A DNA stretch of 64,000 bases. It comes from Prasinococcaceae sp. CCMP 1430. Its lineage: Eukaryota > Plantae > Prasinodermophyta. Shown one piece after another: positions 21,827-32,503 of the stretch. The position numbers and the translations under genes are program-made. Under the pieces are notes generated by a model. That model searched no databases, was not told where the DNA came from, and was given only the letters and a program-made list of their open reading frames with translations. The stretch spans positions 204,053 through 268,052 of the forward strand of contig RQSC01000018.1 in the NCBI GenBank assembly GCA_013416795.1, written 5' to 3'. The first letter of the stretch is position 1; the number at the start of each line of letters is the position of its first letter.

Positions 21827-22025
21827 CGCGTGCCCGCCTGCGGCCGTCCGGCCGCCCCGCCCCCCCGCGCGCCTGCGCCGTCCCGGCCGCCATCAAAAAG
21901 CACTTCTCTCGCGAAAAGGGCGGGTGCGTCGCCGCCGCCTCCCCCTTTTCGCACGCGCGCCCGCGCCGCCAATTGGCGCCGAAAAGAGGCCCAGAGCATA
22001 TCCACTTCTTCATTCTTTGGTATTG

Positions 22026-22066
22026 AAACCCTCAAAGGATCGAAACCTTAAAAATCAAAACCCTTA
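22026..22066 (+). promoter_or_regulatory. Telo-box-like motifs (AAACCCT) upstream of the bL9 gene
   Basis: gaaaccctc, aaacctta and aaaaccctta are clustered in an AT-rich patch. Telo-boxes are known in green-plant translation-gene promoters. Confidence 0.5.
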
Positions 22067-22078
22067 CCGAGCGCCTCG

Positions 22079-23281
22079 GTGTGCGCCGAGCGCGCCGTCG
22101 AGGTCGAGCTCGCCGAGGTGCGGCGCGGCGCGGCGCGCGACGGAGCTAGGGTAGGGCCGACGCGGGCGCCTGGCGCGGACGTTGGCAGGGGCGTGGCCGC
22201 TGGTGCAGGCGACAGGGAGAGGCAAAGGGTGGCCAAGTGCACGCGTGCGGCAGCTGACCCTGGCGCGGCGCTCGCTCCGCGCGGCGCGCCGCAGGAGATC
22301 GCTGGCGTGGGCTCCGCGGGCCAGCGCGTGCGTGTGAAGCCCGGCTTCGCGCGCAACTTCCTCGGGCGCGGGACGGGTGCGCCGGGCGCAACGGTGCCGC
22401 TCAAGGCGGCACGGCGCACTGCGCAGCTGCGAGAGACCGCACGCCTCGCCGAGACGGGCGAGGACGCCAGGCTGCGCGAGGTGGAAGCGGCGCAGCGCGC
22501 GCTGCAGGAGCAGCAGCGGGCGGAGGACGCGCGCGGCCGGCGCGTGGACAAGGTCCTGAAGGTGCTGCGCTCGGCCGTCGTGCGCATCGATCGCTTCCTG
22601 GAGGACTCCGACCCGGTGGTCGCGGCCAGGCGCAGGGAGAAGCAGGAAGCCAAGCGTGCTCGCGCGGCGGAGAAGCGCAAGATGTGGCGCGAGGAGAAGG
22701 ACGCAGCGTACGCCGGCAGGCTGGCGGTTGCGGAGGCGGGCGAAGCGGGCGGCGCTGAATCGCAGGCGGCGAGTGTCGCGGCCGCCGTGGATGCCGAGGC
22801 GGCGGGGTCTTCCGCGACGGCCGTCGAGGGAGCATTCGAAGCGGGTGTCGATGCAGACGCTGAGCAGGCCGCCGAGGGCGAGGACACCCAAGCGGATGCG
22901 ATGTCGGACGCGGAGTTCGCCCGCATGAAGAAGGATGAGGAGGGCGCACCTGCCGACCCGCGCGGACGTGTTTCACGGCCGGTGACCAAGGAGGACATCG
23001 TGGAGTACTGCCTCGATAACCTGGGCATCAACTTGCCGCTGGATTGCCTCGACTTGCCCGAGCCGCTGGAACGTGCGGGCGAGCATGGCGTGCGCATCGC
23101 AGTGCCCGGCCGACCGGACTGCACGCTCACCGTGCGCATCGTCGGACACAGGGCGTACTCACAGGAGCAGGCGGCGACGCGCTCGAGGATGAAGTCCTTC
23201 AAGTCTTCCAAGGACAGCCGGGGAGCCAAGAGCGCAGCAGCGGGTGCCGCGGATGCCGCCGACGCGCAGTTCTACGAGTAG
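22079..23281 (+). CDS. rplI: Organellar ribosomal protein bL9 (probable intron 22118-22294); no in-frame ATG found
   Basis: VEVELAE|EIAGVGSAGQRVRVKPGFARNFL is the bL9 N-domain. PVTKEDIVE...LDLPEPLERAGEHGVRI is the C-domain. The intron reads GTGCGG...CTGAC...CCGCAG. Confidence 0.8.
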   Translation: MCAERAVEVELAEVRRGAARDGARVGPTRAPGADVGRGVAAGAGDRERQRVAKCTRAAADPGAALAPRGAPQEIAGVGSAGQRVRVKPGFARNFLGRGTGAPGATVPLKAARRTAQLRETARLAETGEDARLREVEAAQRALQEQQRAEDARGRRVDKVLKVLRSAVVRIDRFLEDSDPVVAARRREKQEAKRARAAEKRKMWREEKDAAYAGRLAVAEAGEAGGAESQAASVAAAVDAEAAGSSATAVEGAFEAGVDADAEQAAEGEDTQADAMSDAEFARMKKDEEGAPADPRGRVSRPVTKEDIVEYCLDNLGINLPLDCLDLPEPLERAGEHGVRIAVPGRPDCTLTVRIVGHRAYSQEQAATRSRMKSFKSSKDSRGAKSAAAGAADAADAQFYE

Positions 23282-23814
23282 GTGGCTGCCGGGGCAGGCA
23301 CATCGTTTTTTTGGGGGGCGGGAGCGCGGAGGCGTGCATAATATGAAACAAGACACACGCGCTGCTTCGCGCACGCGCGCGCGCGCTCGCGCGTCGCGTG
23401 CGGGCTGCGTGGTCACCCGCAGCGCGGGTGGACGATTGATTTTTCTGAATCCGATGGACGACGCGGCTCACAAGCCGCGCCGGGTTGGTTGAGCCAACCA
23501 CTCCAGCTGCTTGACGGCAGCCAGTCGATAATGTGTGGTCGCGCGGGACATTCCGAGTCCGCGGCGATTTGTAGTATTGATATTGTTGTGTGTTGTACGT
23601 GCGTGCGAAGAGGAGGCGTCGCCGACTGCCGTCGCCGTCTGTATGGTACCAACGCCGCAAGCTCCTCATGAGCCGGGCCTCGCGGTGGTCCAAGTTGCCG
23701 GGGGCGTCGCGCGGTTGCCTCTCTTGCCGCTGGTGGCGGAGTATGGTACAGGGCGGGGTGGCGGTAGTATATCTGACAGTGAGCTCGAGCTCGTCACGGG
23801 CGTCTGCCGCGTGA

Positions 23815-25361
23815 CTACCGGCAGTAGAGAGACTTGTCGATCTGCGCCGGGATGGGCTTGATCTCGGTGGCGAGCTCCTGCTCGACCTTGTACAGGTTGA
23901 AGCGATCCTCGAAGGTGATGAGGTTGATCGCCAGACCCAGGTGACCGAAGCGTCCCGAGCGGCCCACGCGGTGCAGGTACGTCTCGGAGTTCTTGGGGAA
24001 GTCGAAATTGATCACCACATTGACGGACTGGATGTCGATGCCGCGAGTGAAGAGGTCTGACGACACCAGGTTGCGGCAGGCACCGTTGCGGAAGTCGTGG
24101 AACACGCGGTTGCGGTGCGACTGGATCATCTTGGCGTGGATGTAGAAGCACGAATAGCCGAGCTCGGTGATCTTCTTGGCGAGCAGCTCGACGCGGTTCA
24201 CCGAGTTGCAGAAGATGATGGACTGGTTGATTTGCAGCTTAGAGAAGAGAGTGTTGAGGCAGTGCACCTTCTGGCGCTCCTCCACGAAGGCGTAGAACTG
24301 CGACACGCCCTTGAGCGTCAGCTCCTCCATAAGGTTGATCACGTGCGGCTTCTTGAGGAAGCGGTTCTTGAAGTCACGCACGGTCACCGGGAACGTGGCG
24401 CTGTAGCACAGCAGCTGGCGGGTGGGCGGGCAGAAGTTGATGAGCTGCTCCACGATGGGCTGGAACTCGGGCGAGAGCAGCTTGTCGGCCTCGTCGAGCA
24501 CGAAGCACTGGCACTGGCTCATGTCGGCGATGTTCTTGTTCGCAAGGTCGAGGATGCGGCCCGGCGTGGCCACGATCATATGGACGGTGTTGTAGAGGCG
24601 CATGATGTCGTCCTTCAGTGAGGTGCCACCGGTGGTGACCATGATCTCCACGCCCATGTGCTTGCTGAGCTCCTTGCACACCTGGCTCGTCTGCAGGGCA
24701 AGCTCGCGCGTGGGCACGAGCACGAGCGCCTGGATGGCGTTCTTGGAGGTGTCGATGCGCTCGAGCACCGGGATAGAAAACGCTGCGGTCTTGCCGGTGC
24801 CGTTCTTGGCGCGCGCGAGGATGTCCCGGCCGGTGAGTGCGATCGGGATCGACTCCTCCTGGATGGGCGATGGCTTTTCGAAACCCTTCTCGTAGATGCC
24901 CATGAGGAGCTCGCGCTTCAGGTAGTAGTCCTCGAACTCATTGCCCTTGGTGCCTGTCACATCGGCTGTCTTCACGCGCTCGTCGCGGGCGGGCAGTTGG
25001 AGTTGACCTTTCCAAGCCCTGCGATAGTCGGGTGAGGGCGGTCGCGTCGGGTACGTCGACGGACAAGAGAAGTCAGCCAAGGCTCGTCATCAGCGCCGGC
25101 AGCGGCGGTGGGGAGGGAGGGGCAGCGGGGGCGGGCGACCAAGCAAAACAAGAGGGCGACGGGCGCAACGCCCGGTGCGGTGCAAATTAGGGTTGCACTT
25201 TGCGCCGCTCTGGGCGCCAGGCGACGCCGCGCGCCCCGCGCGCGCACGTACTCCTGCTGCTGTGGAGGGGGTGGCTGCTGATACTGGGCCGGTGGCGGCT
25301 GCTGATACTGCGCCGGTGGCGGTTGTTGGTAGTGCGTCGGTGGTGGGTGCTGGTACAGCAT
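23815..25361 (-). CDS. DDX6: DEAD-box RNA helicase DDX6/Dhh1 (exons 25361-25252, 25018-23815)
   Basis: [69 protein letters not shown]-rich exon 1. Phase-2 intron GTACGT...CGCAG. Confidence 0.97.
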
Positions 25362-25896
25362 GGCGTCGACGGTGTCGCGCCGCCCGCCCTCCAGTCGCCG
25401 CACCGCGCCGGCGATCCGCGCCAGCGCGCCTCGCTCGCCCGCCCGAGCCGCCGCCGCCCGCAAGCAAGCGCGCGAGCCGCGCGCGCGCGCCCCGCGCGCT
25501 TTTTTCCTCGTCCGATCAATCTGCGCCGCGGCGCCCATTTCGCGCCCGCGAATACCATCCGCTCGCAGGGCCTCGCGCCCATCGACAACTCCGCGCGGCG
25601 CCGGACCGATCGCCGCGCGCCGACTCTCCGGAATTGCGGCGCGCGAACAGCGCCGTCTCCGAAAAGTCCCCGAGGCCGGACCGCACCCCCGCCGAGCGCC
25701 GAAATCGCGGAACCGCGACCTCCCCCTACCGCATCGGTGGCATCGGCGCGGCGCGCGCACGCGCGTGCGGCCCCGCGCCGCGCCGGCGCGAAAAAAATCC
25801 TGCGCAAAATAAAAAAAATCAAAATCAAAATCGGCTCGGTGAGGCACGACTCACGCACGCGCACGAAACGAAGGCGGGGCGGCGGCGGCTGGCCGT

Positions 25897-25982
25897 ATCA
25901 AAGCGCATGCGCATGCGCCCGCGCATGGAGGCGGGGCGCGCGCGCGCATGGAGGCGGGGCGCGCGCGCGCATGCGCTTTGAT
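25897..25982. repeat. 86-bp element with 16-bp perfect terminal inverted repeats and an internal tandem duplication
   Basis: ATCAAAGCGCATGCGC ... GCGCATGCGCTTTGAT, with GCATGGAGGCGGGGCGCGCGCGC twice inside. Confidence 0.8.
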
Positions 25983-26443
25983 GGGGGCGCACCCGAGCGA
26001 ACCCTCGCGGGGGCGCGCGAGCGCGGTGCGGCGGCGGCGTCTCGACCTCCGTGGAGGGCGCCGTGCGTCGGAGGCACGCCGACGAAAAAGCAACCGCGGC
26101 GACAGCGCAGCCGGCGCCCAAGCAGGCGGCGCCGGCGCCTTCGGAGGCACTGCTGCGGGTACCGGCGCCGCCCCCCCCGTGCGCACGATGTGCCGTGGGT
26201 CGGAGCCTCCGAGCTACCACTGCATGCGGAGGGCGGCCCGGCCGTGATCGCCCGCGGGCCGCCGCTGTGCCATGCACTGGCTGGTGCGCACGGCGCTGGC
26301 TGGTGCGCTGGTCTGGTGCCGTGGCGGCCCTGCGGAGCGCCGCGGCGGCAGGGGCGATGGGGATGGAGAGAATGCCGCGCGCGCCCGCCCGCTCGCCCCC
26401 GAGAGCTGCCGCTGACGCCGGCCCGCGCGCGTTCACCTCACAG

Positions 26444-27519
26444 TCAAGACCTTCCCGAAGGATGACGCGTCCAAGCCGCCCCACCTCACCGCCTTCATGG
26501 CGTTCAAGGCGGGCATGACGCACATCCTGCGCGACGTCGACAAGCCGGGCTCCAAGCTCCACAAGAAGGAGGCCGTCGAGGCCGTGACCATCCTCGAGGC
26601 GCCCCCTATGGTTGTGGTTGGCTGCGTCGGCTACGTGAAGACCGAGACCGGCCTTCGCGCGCTCAAGACCGTGTGGGCGGAGCACCTCGACGACTCGGCC
26701 AAGCGCCGCTTCTACAAGAACTGGTGCTCGTCCAAGAAGAAGGCCTTCACCAAGTACGAGAAGAAGTACTCGACCGACAAGGAGTCGATCGAGCGCGACC
26801 TCAAGCTCATCAAGGAGAACGCCGCTGTGGTGCGCGCGATCTGCCACACCCAGGTGCGCAAGGTGCAGGGCATCAAGCAGAAGAAGGCCCAGATCATGGA
26901 GATCCAGGTCAACGGCGGCCAGGCGGCCGACAAGGTGGACTTCTGCGTGAAGAACTTCGAGAAGGCCCTGCCGATCGACTCGGTCTTCAACAAGGACGAG
27001 ATGATCGACACCATCGCCGTCAGCAAGGGCCACGGCTTCGAGGGCGTGGTGACCCGCTGGGGCGTCACCCGCCTGCCGCGCAAGACCCATCGCGGCCTGC
27101 GCAAGGTTGCGTGCATTGGCACGTGGCACCCGGCCCGCGTGTCCTTCCAGGTGGCGCGCTCCGGTCAGCGCGGCTACCACCACCGCACGGAGTACAACAA
27201 GAAGGTGTACCACATCGGCAAGAAGGGCGAGGCGTCGCACGGTGCGGCGACCGAGTTCGACCAGACCGAGAAGCCCATCACCCCCGTGGGCGGCTTCAGC
27301 CACTACGGCTGCGTCAACGAGGACTGGATCATGCTCAAGGGCGGCGTCACGGGCCCGGTCAAGCGTGTGGTCACCCTGCGCCACTCGCTCTTCCCGCCCA
27401 CGACCCGCAACGCGGCCGAGAAGATCACGCTCAAGTTCATCGACACGGCGAGCAAGTTCGGCCACGGTCGCTTCCAGACCAGCGAGGAGAAGGCCGCCAA
27501 GATGGGCACCACCAAGTAA
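26444..27519 (+). CDS. RPL3: 60S ribosomal protein L3 (uL3); first exon not found in window
   Basis: Acceptor cacag is followed by (V)KTFPKDD...[58 protein letters not shown]. Confidence 0.97.
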
Positions 27520-27861
27520 GTGGCCCGTCCTCGCCCCGCAGCACTGGAGAAATATTAAGAAATGCCCTCGCGGCGTGTATCAACGGCGCCCGTCTCCGCG
27601 CGCAGCAGCGCGCGGCCGCCGCGCTGCGCCGCCGCCGAGCGCTGCGCGCGGTCGCGCCGGATACAGACACAGCGTGCTCTCTGTTCGTCGGAAGGGTCCT
27701 CTCGACACTTACGTGAATTCGACCCAGATCACCACGTGGGCGCTGGCACGCGCATCGAGCCATCCCGGGTGCCGCCGATCGAGCAGCGGCCCTTGGAGCG
27801 CGCAGAGCAGCGCGCTGCCCTTGTCCAAAAAATGTGTGTCGGGACTAGGCAGGGTCAGTGC

Positions 27862-29016
27862 TTACGAGTGCTTGGCCTTGAACTCCTCCATGAAGGCGAC
27901 GAGCGCGTCGACGCCCTCCGCGGGCATCGCATTGTAGATGGACGCGCGGATGCCGCCGACGGAGCGGTGGCCCTTGAGCTGCGTGAGGCCCGCCTCGGCC
28001 GCGCCAGCGAGGAAGTCCTTCTCGAGCTCGTTGGGCACCACGCGGAAGGGCACGTTCATGAGCGAGCGGCAGGCCTCGTCGACGGGGCAGGAGTAGAAGC
28101 CGTCCGAGTTGTTGATGGCGTCGTACAGCTTCATCGCCTTGGCGATGTTCTTCTTCTCGATCGCCTCGAGGCCGCCCTGCGCGAGCAGGTCCTCGAAGAC
28201 GAGGCCGCACATGTAGATGGCCCAGCACGGCGGCGTGTTGTAGCAGCTGTCGTTCTCCGCGGCGGTGGACCAGTCAAGCATCGCGGGCGTGCCCTCCATG
28301 GCGTTGCCCACCAGGTCCTCGCGCACGATCACCATGGTGACGCCCGCCGGGCCGATGTTCTTCTGCGCGCCCGCGTAGATCACGCCGTACTTCTCGACGT
28401 CGATCGGCTTGCTGCAGAAGTTGGAGCTCATGTCCGCCACCAGCACCTTGTCGCCCAAGTCGGGAGTGGACTTGTACTCGACGCCGCCGATGGTCTCGTT
28501 GGCGCATATGTGCACGTACGCGGCGTCGTCGCGCATCTCCCAGCTGCTGACGTCGGGGATGCTCGAGAAGTTGGTGTCCTTGGAGCTCGCCACCGTCTGC
28601 GCGTCGACGAAGCGCGCGGCCTCCTGCACGGCCTTCTTGCCCCACGCGCCCGTGGTGACGTAGTCGGCGCCCTTCTTTTCGGCGCAAAGGTTCATCGGGA
28701 TCGCCGTGAACTGCGTGCTCGCGCCGCCCTGCACGAAGAGCACCTTGTAGTTGTCCGGGATGCCGATGAGCTCGCGCATGTCGGCCTCGGTCTTGGCGAG
28801 GATGGAGATGAACTCGGGGCCGCGGTGCGACATCTCCATGACGGACATGCCCGAGCCGTTCCAGTCGACGAGCTCGGCCTGCGCCTTCTCGAGCACGTTC
28901 AGCGGCAGCGTCGCCGGCCCCGCCGAGAAGTTGAACGCGCGGTGCGCGGCGGTCGCCGACGCGCGCGGCGCCGCGCGGAGCGCGGCGGCAGCGGCGCGCG
29001 CGGCGGCGGCGGCCAT
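27862..29016 (-). CDS. PSAT1: Phosphoserine aminotransferase with Ala-rich transit peptide
   Basis: [73 protein letters not shown]. Confidence 0.97.
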   Translation of the reverse strand: MAAAAARAAAAALRAAPRASATAAHRAFNFSAGPATLPLNVLEKAQAELVDWNGSGMSVMEMSHRGPEFISILAKTEADMRELIGIPDNYKVLFVQGGASTQFTAIPMNLCAEKKGADYVTTGAWGKKAVQEAARFVDAQTVASSKDTNFSSIPDVSSWEMRDDAAYVHICANETIGGVEYKSTPDLGDKVLVADMSSNFCSKPIDVEKYGVIYAGAQKNIGPAGVTMVIVREDLVGNAMEGTPAMLDWSTAAENDSCYNTPPCWAIYMCGLVFEDLLAQGGLEAIEKKNIAKAMKLYDAINNSDGFYSCPVDEACRSLMNVPFRVVPNELEKDFLAGAAEAGLTQLKGHRSVGGIRASIYNAMPAEGVDALVAFMEEFKAKHS

Positions 29017-29212
29017 CTCTGCGGCGAAGGGGAGGGGCGGGTTCAGCCTCTCTCTCTCTCTCTCTCTCTTCGGTCGCTCCACTCGTCGCGGGTGCGCGCT
29101 GTGGAGCCCTTCGTTCCGACGCCCCTCATCCCTCCCCTCCCCCCGCCCCCGCCCCACTCTCCCCCGCCCCCGCCCCTCCCCCCCTCCTCCCCCCAACCCC
29201 CCCGCGAGCGCG

Positions 29213-29799
29213 NNNNNNNNNNNNNNNNNNNNNNNNNNNNNNNNNNNNNNNNNNNNNNNNNNNNNNNNNNNNNNNNNNNNNNNNNNNNNNNNNNNNNNNN
29301 NNNNNNNNNNNNNNNNNNNNNNNNNNNNNNNNNNNNNNNNNNNNNNNNNNNNNNNNNNNNNNNNNNNNNNNNNNNNNNNNNNNNNNNNNNNNNNNNNNNN
29401 NNNNNNNNNNNNNNNNNNNNNNNNNNNNNNNNNNNNNNNNNNNNNNNNNNNNNNNNNNNNNNNNNNNNNNNNNNNNNNNNNNNNNNNNNNNNNNNNNNNN
29501 NNNNNNNNNNNNNNNNNNNNNNNNNNNNNNNNNNNNNNNNNNNNNNNNNNNNNNNNNNNNNNNNNNNNNNNNNNNNNNNNNNNNNNNNNNNNNNNNNNNN
29601 NNNNNNNNNNNNNNNNNNNNNNNNNNNNNNNNNNNNNNNNNNNNNNNNNNNNNNNNNNNNNNNNNNNNNNNNNNNNNNNNNNNNNNNNNNNNNNNNNNNN
29701 NNNNNNNNNNNNNNNNNNNNNNNNNNNNNNNNNNNNNNNNNNNNNNNNNNNNNNNNNNNNNNNNNNNNNNNNNNNNNNNNNNNNNNNNNNNNNNNNNNN
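29213..29799. other. Assembly gap (N run)
   Basis: Long N run. Confidence 1.
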
Positions 29800-31011
29800 C
29801 GCGCGGCCGCGGGCGTGCGCCGGCGGCGGCGGAGGAGGAGGCGCCCCGCCGCCGCGGAAGGTGCCGGCGTGGAAGGCCAAGCAGGCTGCGCGGGAGGCGT
29901 TTATGGCGCAGAGCCAGGCGGCAACTGCTGCGGCGCAGGAGGCGTACCGCAGCAGGACAAACCAGGCGGCTGGGCAGACGAACGGTGCGTGTGCGCAGGA
30001 GGGGGCTTCTCTCTCGCTTGAGCGGGCTCTCGCCCGGCAGCGTGCGAGCTCGCGCAAGGATGAGGGCGCGCCCTCCCCTCTTCCTAGCTAGCGTACGAAA
30101 ACTCACTCATTGGAGCGCCTCTTGCGTTCCCCCACCCACCCCTCCCCCCACGCATTCTCACATAGCTGCGGCGGCCCTCCCCGAGGGCTGCCCGGCGCTC
30201 GCGGCGTTGCCGTTCGTCGAGTACCTCACGCCTGAGGGCGCCTTGCAGGACGTGTCGCCGCCGGCAGGTTCGGCCACAGGTGCCTCGCTGTACGCCATCT
30301 TCGACGCGAGCGAGGCGCTGCACTTCGTGGGTCTGAGTCGTGATATCATGGCGTCGCTGCGCGCACATCTCGCACGCACGCCTGAAGAGACCCACCTTCT
30401 CAAGGTGACGCACTTCGGCCGCGGTGTGCGACGCGATGAGCTCGAGGCGGCGAGCGCCGCGTGGGTGCATGAGGCCGGCGGCGCGGTGGGCATGGACGGT
30501 GGGGCCGTGCAGCGTGCGTGGGAGGGCGCGATTGATGTCGGGCCGCTCATGGATGCCGAGGATCGTGCCGCGGTGGCCGCAACCGCGGAGGGCTCAAAGG
30601 AGCGGAGGCTCGCGCTCAAGGTGGCCTGCCGCAAGGTCGAAGCGCAGCTCAAGGCTGTGCTCAAGGCGCGCAACGTCACAGAGCCCATCCGCTACGACCC
30701 CAAGGTCAGATTCGCTCGCTCACGCGCGCGTCGCCGGCGTGCTGCGGCTGCCTGCCCAATGACGTGATGCCATCGCGTTCACGCGCACAGCTCGTGCACG
30801 CACATCACCGCCGCGCCCCGCCCTCGCTGCTGGCTGCTCGCCTGTTGGTGTCTGACAGCGCAGCCCAACGATCGCTTCGCGCGCGCGCGCACAGCTTAAG
30901 GACAAAGGGCTGGTCGACATAAAGAGGCCACCACCACCCAGGCCGCCAGGCAGGCCGCCAACGACAAAGCCAGCTCCGGCAGCCAAGAAGGCACCGCCCG
31001 TTTCGACGTGA
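29800..31011 (+). CDS. GIY-YIG-like domain protein (cyanobacterial / GrxS16 N-terminal type); 5' end in gap (exons ..29984, 30166-30704, 30895-31011)
   Basis: LYAIFDASEALHFVGLSRDIMASLRAHLARTPE, and C-terminal RKVEAQL...IRYDPK|LKDKGLVDIK after splicing of canonical introns. Confidence 0.75.
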
Positions 31012-31143
31012 TGCGCGGCGACATTTGAGTGCCCTGCCCACAGCTGCTAGAGCAGCCGTGTCTCTCCACCTCCCGTTTCGACGTGATGCGCGGCGACATT
31101 TGAGTGCCCTGCCCACAGCTGCTAGAGCAGCCGTGTCTCTCCA
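30997..31143 (+). repeat. Tandem duplication, 72-bp identical copies at 75-bp period, spanning the GIY-YIG stop codon
   Basis: CCCGTTTCGACGTGATG...GTGTCTCTCCA at 30997-31068 and 31072-31143. Confidence 0.92.
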
Positions 31144-31223
31144 GCCTATCCTCCCCGTAACACTTGACGCCGTGTGGGCGACAAGGGGTGCACAGTTACA
31201 TGTGAGCACGGTCCGATGCACGC

Positions 31224-32120
31224 TCAGCTCCCTCGCGCCTCGGGAGTTGTGGGTCGCGAGCCTCTCCTGTCTGCGCCGCGCTCGGCGCCAGCGCTTTCTC
31301 GCGTTCGGTCGGCGCCGCTCCTCCCCCCCCGCCCTTGCCACTGCTCCTGCGCTCGTCGTTGGTGCTCGTGGGCCTGCTCCTTGGCCAGTTGCCGCGCGCC
31401 CTCGATGGCGTCGGCTGGCCGCGCATGATCGAGGGCAATGCCCACGGCCATATTGGCGACGACCCGCCCAGCGGCGTCGACGGACGGTGGGTTCTCGATG
31501 ATGACCGTGCGCACGTGGTAGTCGCCGCGCGTGATAGCGCGTGACGCTTGACGCGCGCTACTCGCTGCAACTGTGCGCGGCGGCGCAGTGTTGGCAGCGC
31601 CCGTTGTTTCCGTGATTGCTTCGCACACTGCACAGCGCACAGACGCCGCGCCGTGCGCGTACATGAGCATCGTGCCGCACGAGCCGCAGTTGAGGTGACC
31701 GACGGCGTTTGCCGTTCCCGCCAGGTTGAGCGTTGAGCAGACGCTGCACTGTACCGTCGATGCCCCGCGCACGTACATAAGCAGCGAGCGGCAGCCTCCA
31801 CACACGAGCTGCGCCGTGCTCTGCTCCTGCCGCTGGCCCGCGTTGCCGCCCTCGTTGCCATCGCTGGCGCTCTCTGACGCAGCCGCGCGCCGCGCGTAAT
31901 GCGTGGACGTGACGACGTTGCACACCGAGCACCGCACGTCGCTCGCGCCCGTTGGATAGCGAAGCGTAACCGAACAGCCCGCGCACACGACCTGCTCTTG
32001 GTCTTGCCGGGAGCTTGCTGCTGCGGGTGGCTGCCGCGACTGCGGCTGCGGCGGTGTCTGGGGCAGCGACCTGGGCTGTGCCCCTGCCTGCGGTGTCTGT
32101 GGCACCGCAGGCGCACTCAT
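31224..32120 (-). CDS. LSD1: LSD1-type zinc finger protein (three LSD1 fingers)
   Basis: Three CxxC...L.Y..GA..V.CxxC fingers and the C-terminal TVIIENPPSVDAAGRVVANMAVGI motif typical of plant LSD1. Confidence 0.9.
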   Translation of the reverse strand: MSAPAVPQTPQAGAQPRSLPQTPPQPQSRQPPAAASSRQDQEQVVCAGCSVTLRYPTGASDVRCSVCNVVTSTHYARRAAASESASDGNEGGNAGQRQEQSTAQLVCGGCRSLLMYVRGASTVQCSVCSTLNLAGTANAVGHLNCGSCGTMLMYAHGAASVRCAVCEAITETTGAANTAPPRTVAASSARQASRAITRGDYHVRTVIIENPPSVDAAGRVVANMAVGIALDHARPADAIEGARQLAKEQAHEHQRRAQEQWQGRGGRSGADRTRESAGAERGADRRGSRPTTPEARGS

Positions 32121-32503
32121 GGCGTCGCCCGCGCTCAGGTCGGCAGCTGTTCCGGCAGCTGCCACCCGTCCGCCAGCTGCCCTGCAGTGGGTGTGAGTAC
32201 GCACGGGCGGTGCTGTGGTGCGCGCAGGCGACGCTCTGGTGCGCGTAGCCGACGCTCTGGCGCGTGTGGCAGTGCGAGGGCCGCGCCCAGCGTCCACGCT
32301 GGCGCACGGCGCGCTCAAATTTCGATCAGGTTCCGCGCTTTTGTTTGGCCCAACCTCACGTGGAAGGACCTGGAGAATTGCGGCTATTCGTAGCGCTCGA
32401 GCACGGACGGACGGCCCGCGCGCACGCGGGGAACACCTGTTTTTTTTTTGGGGCCTAGTTTGTGCCTCGGCCGCATGTCTTCCTCGGCAATGGAGTCTTT
32501 CTC

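Noticed and set aside
22061-22095. Complement-only reading yields ATG GCT CGC as a hidden bL9 start
   Set aside because: It is out of frame with bL9, and the printed strand already has plausible telo-box-like motifs.
26185-26300. Hairpins in the RPL3 upstream intron as an H/ACA snoRNA
   Set aside because: No clear H box or ACA tail, and hairpins are expected at this GC content.
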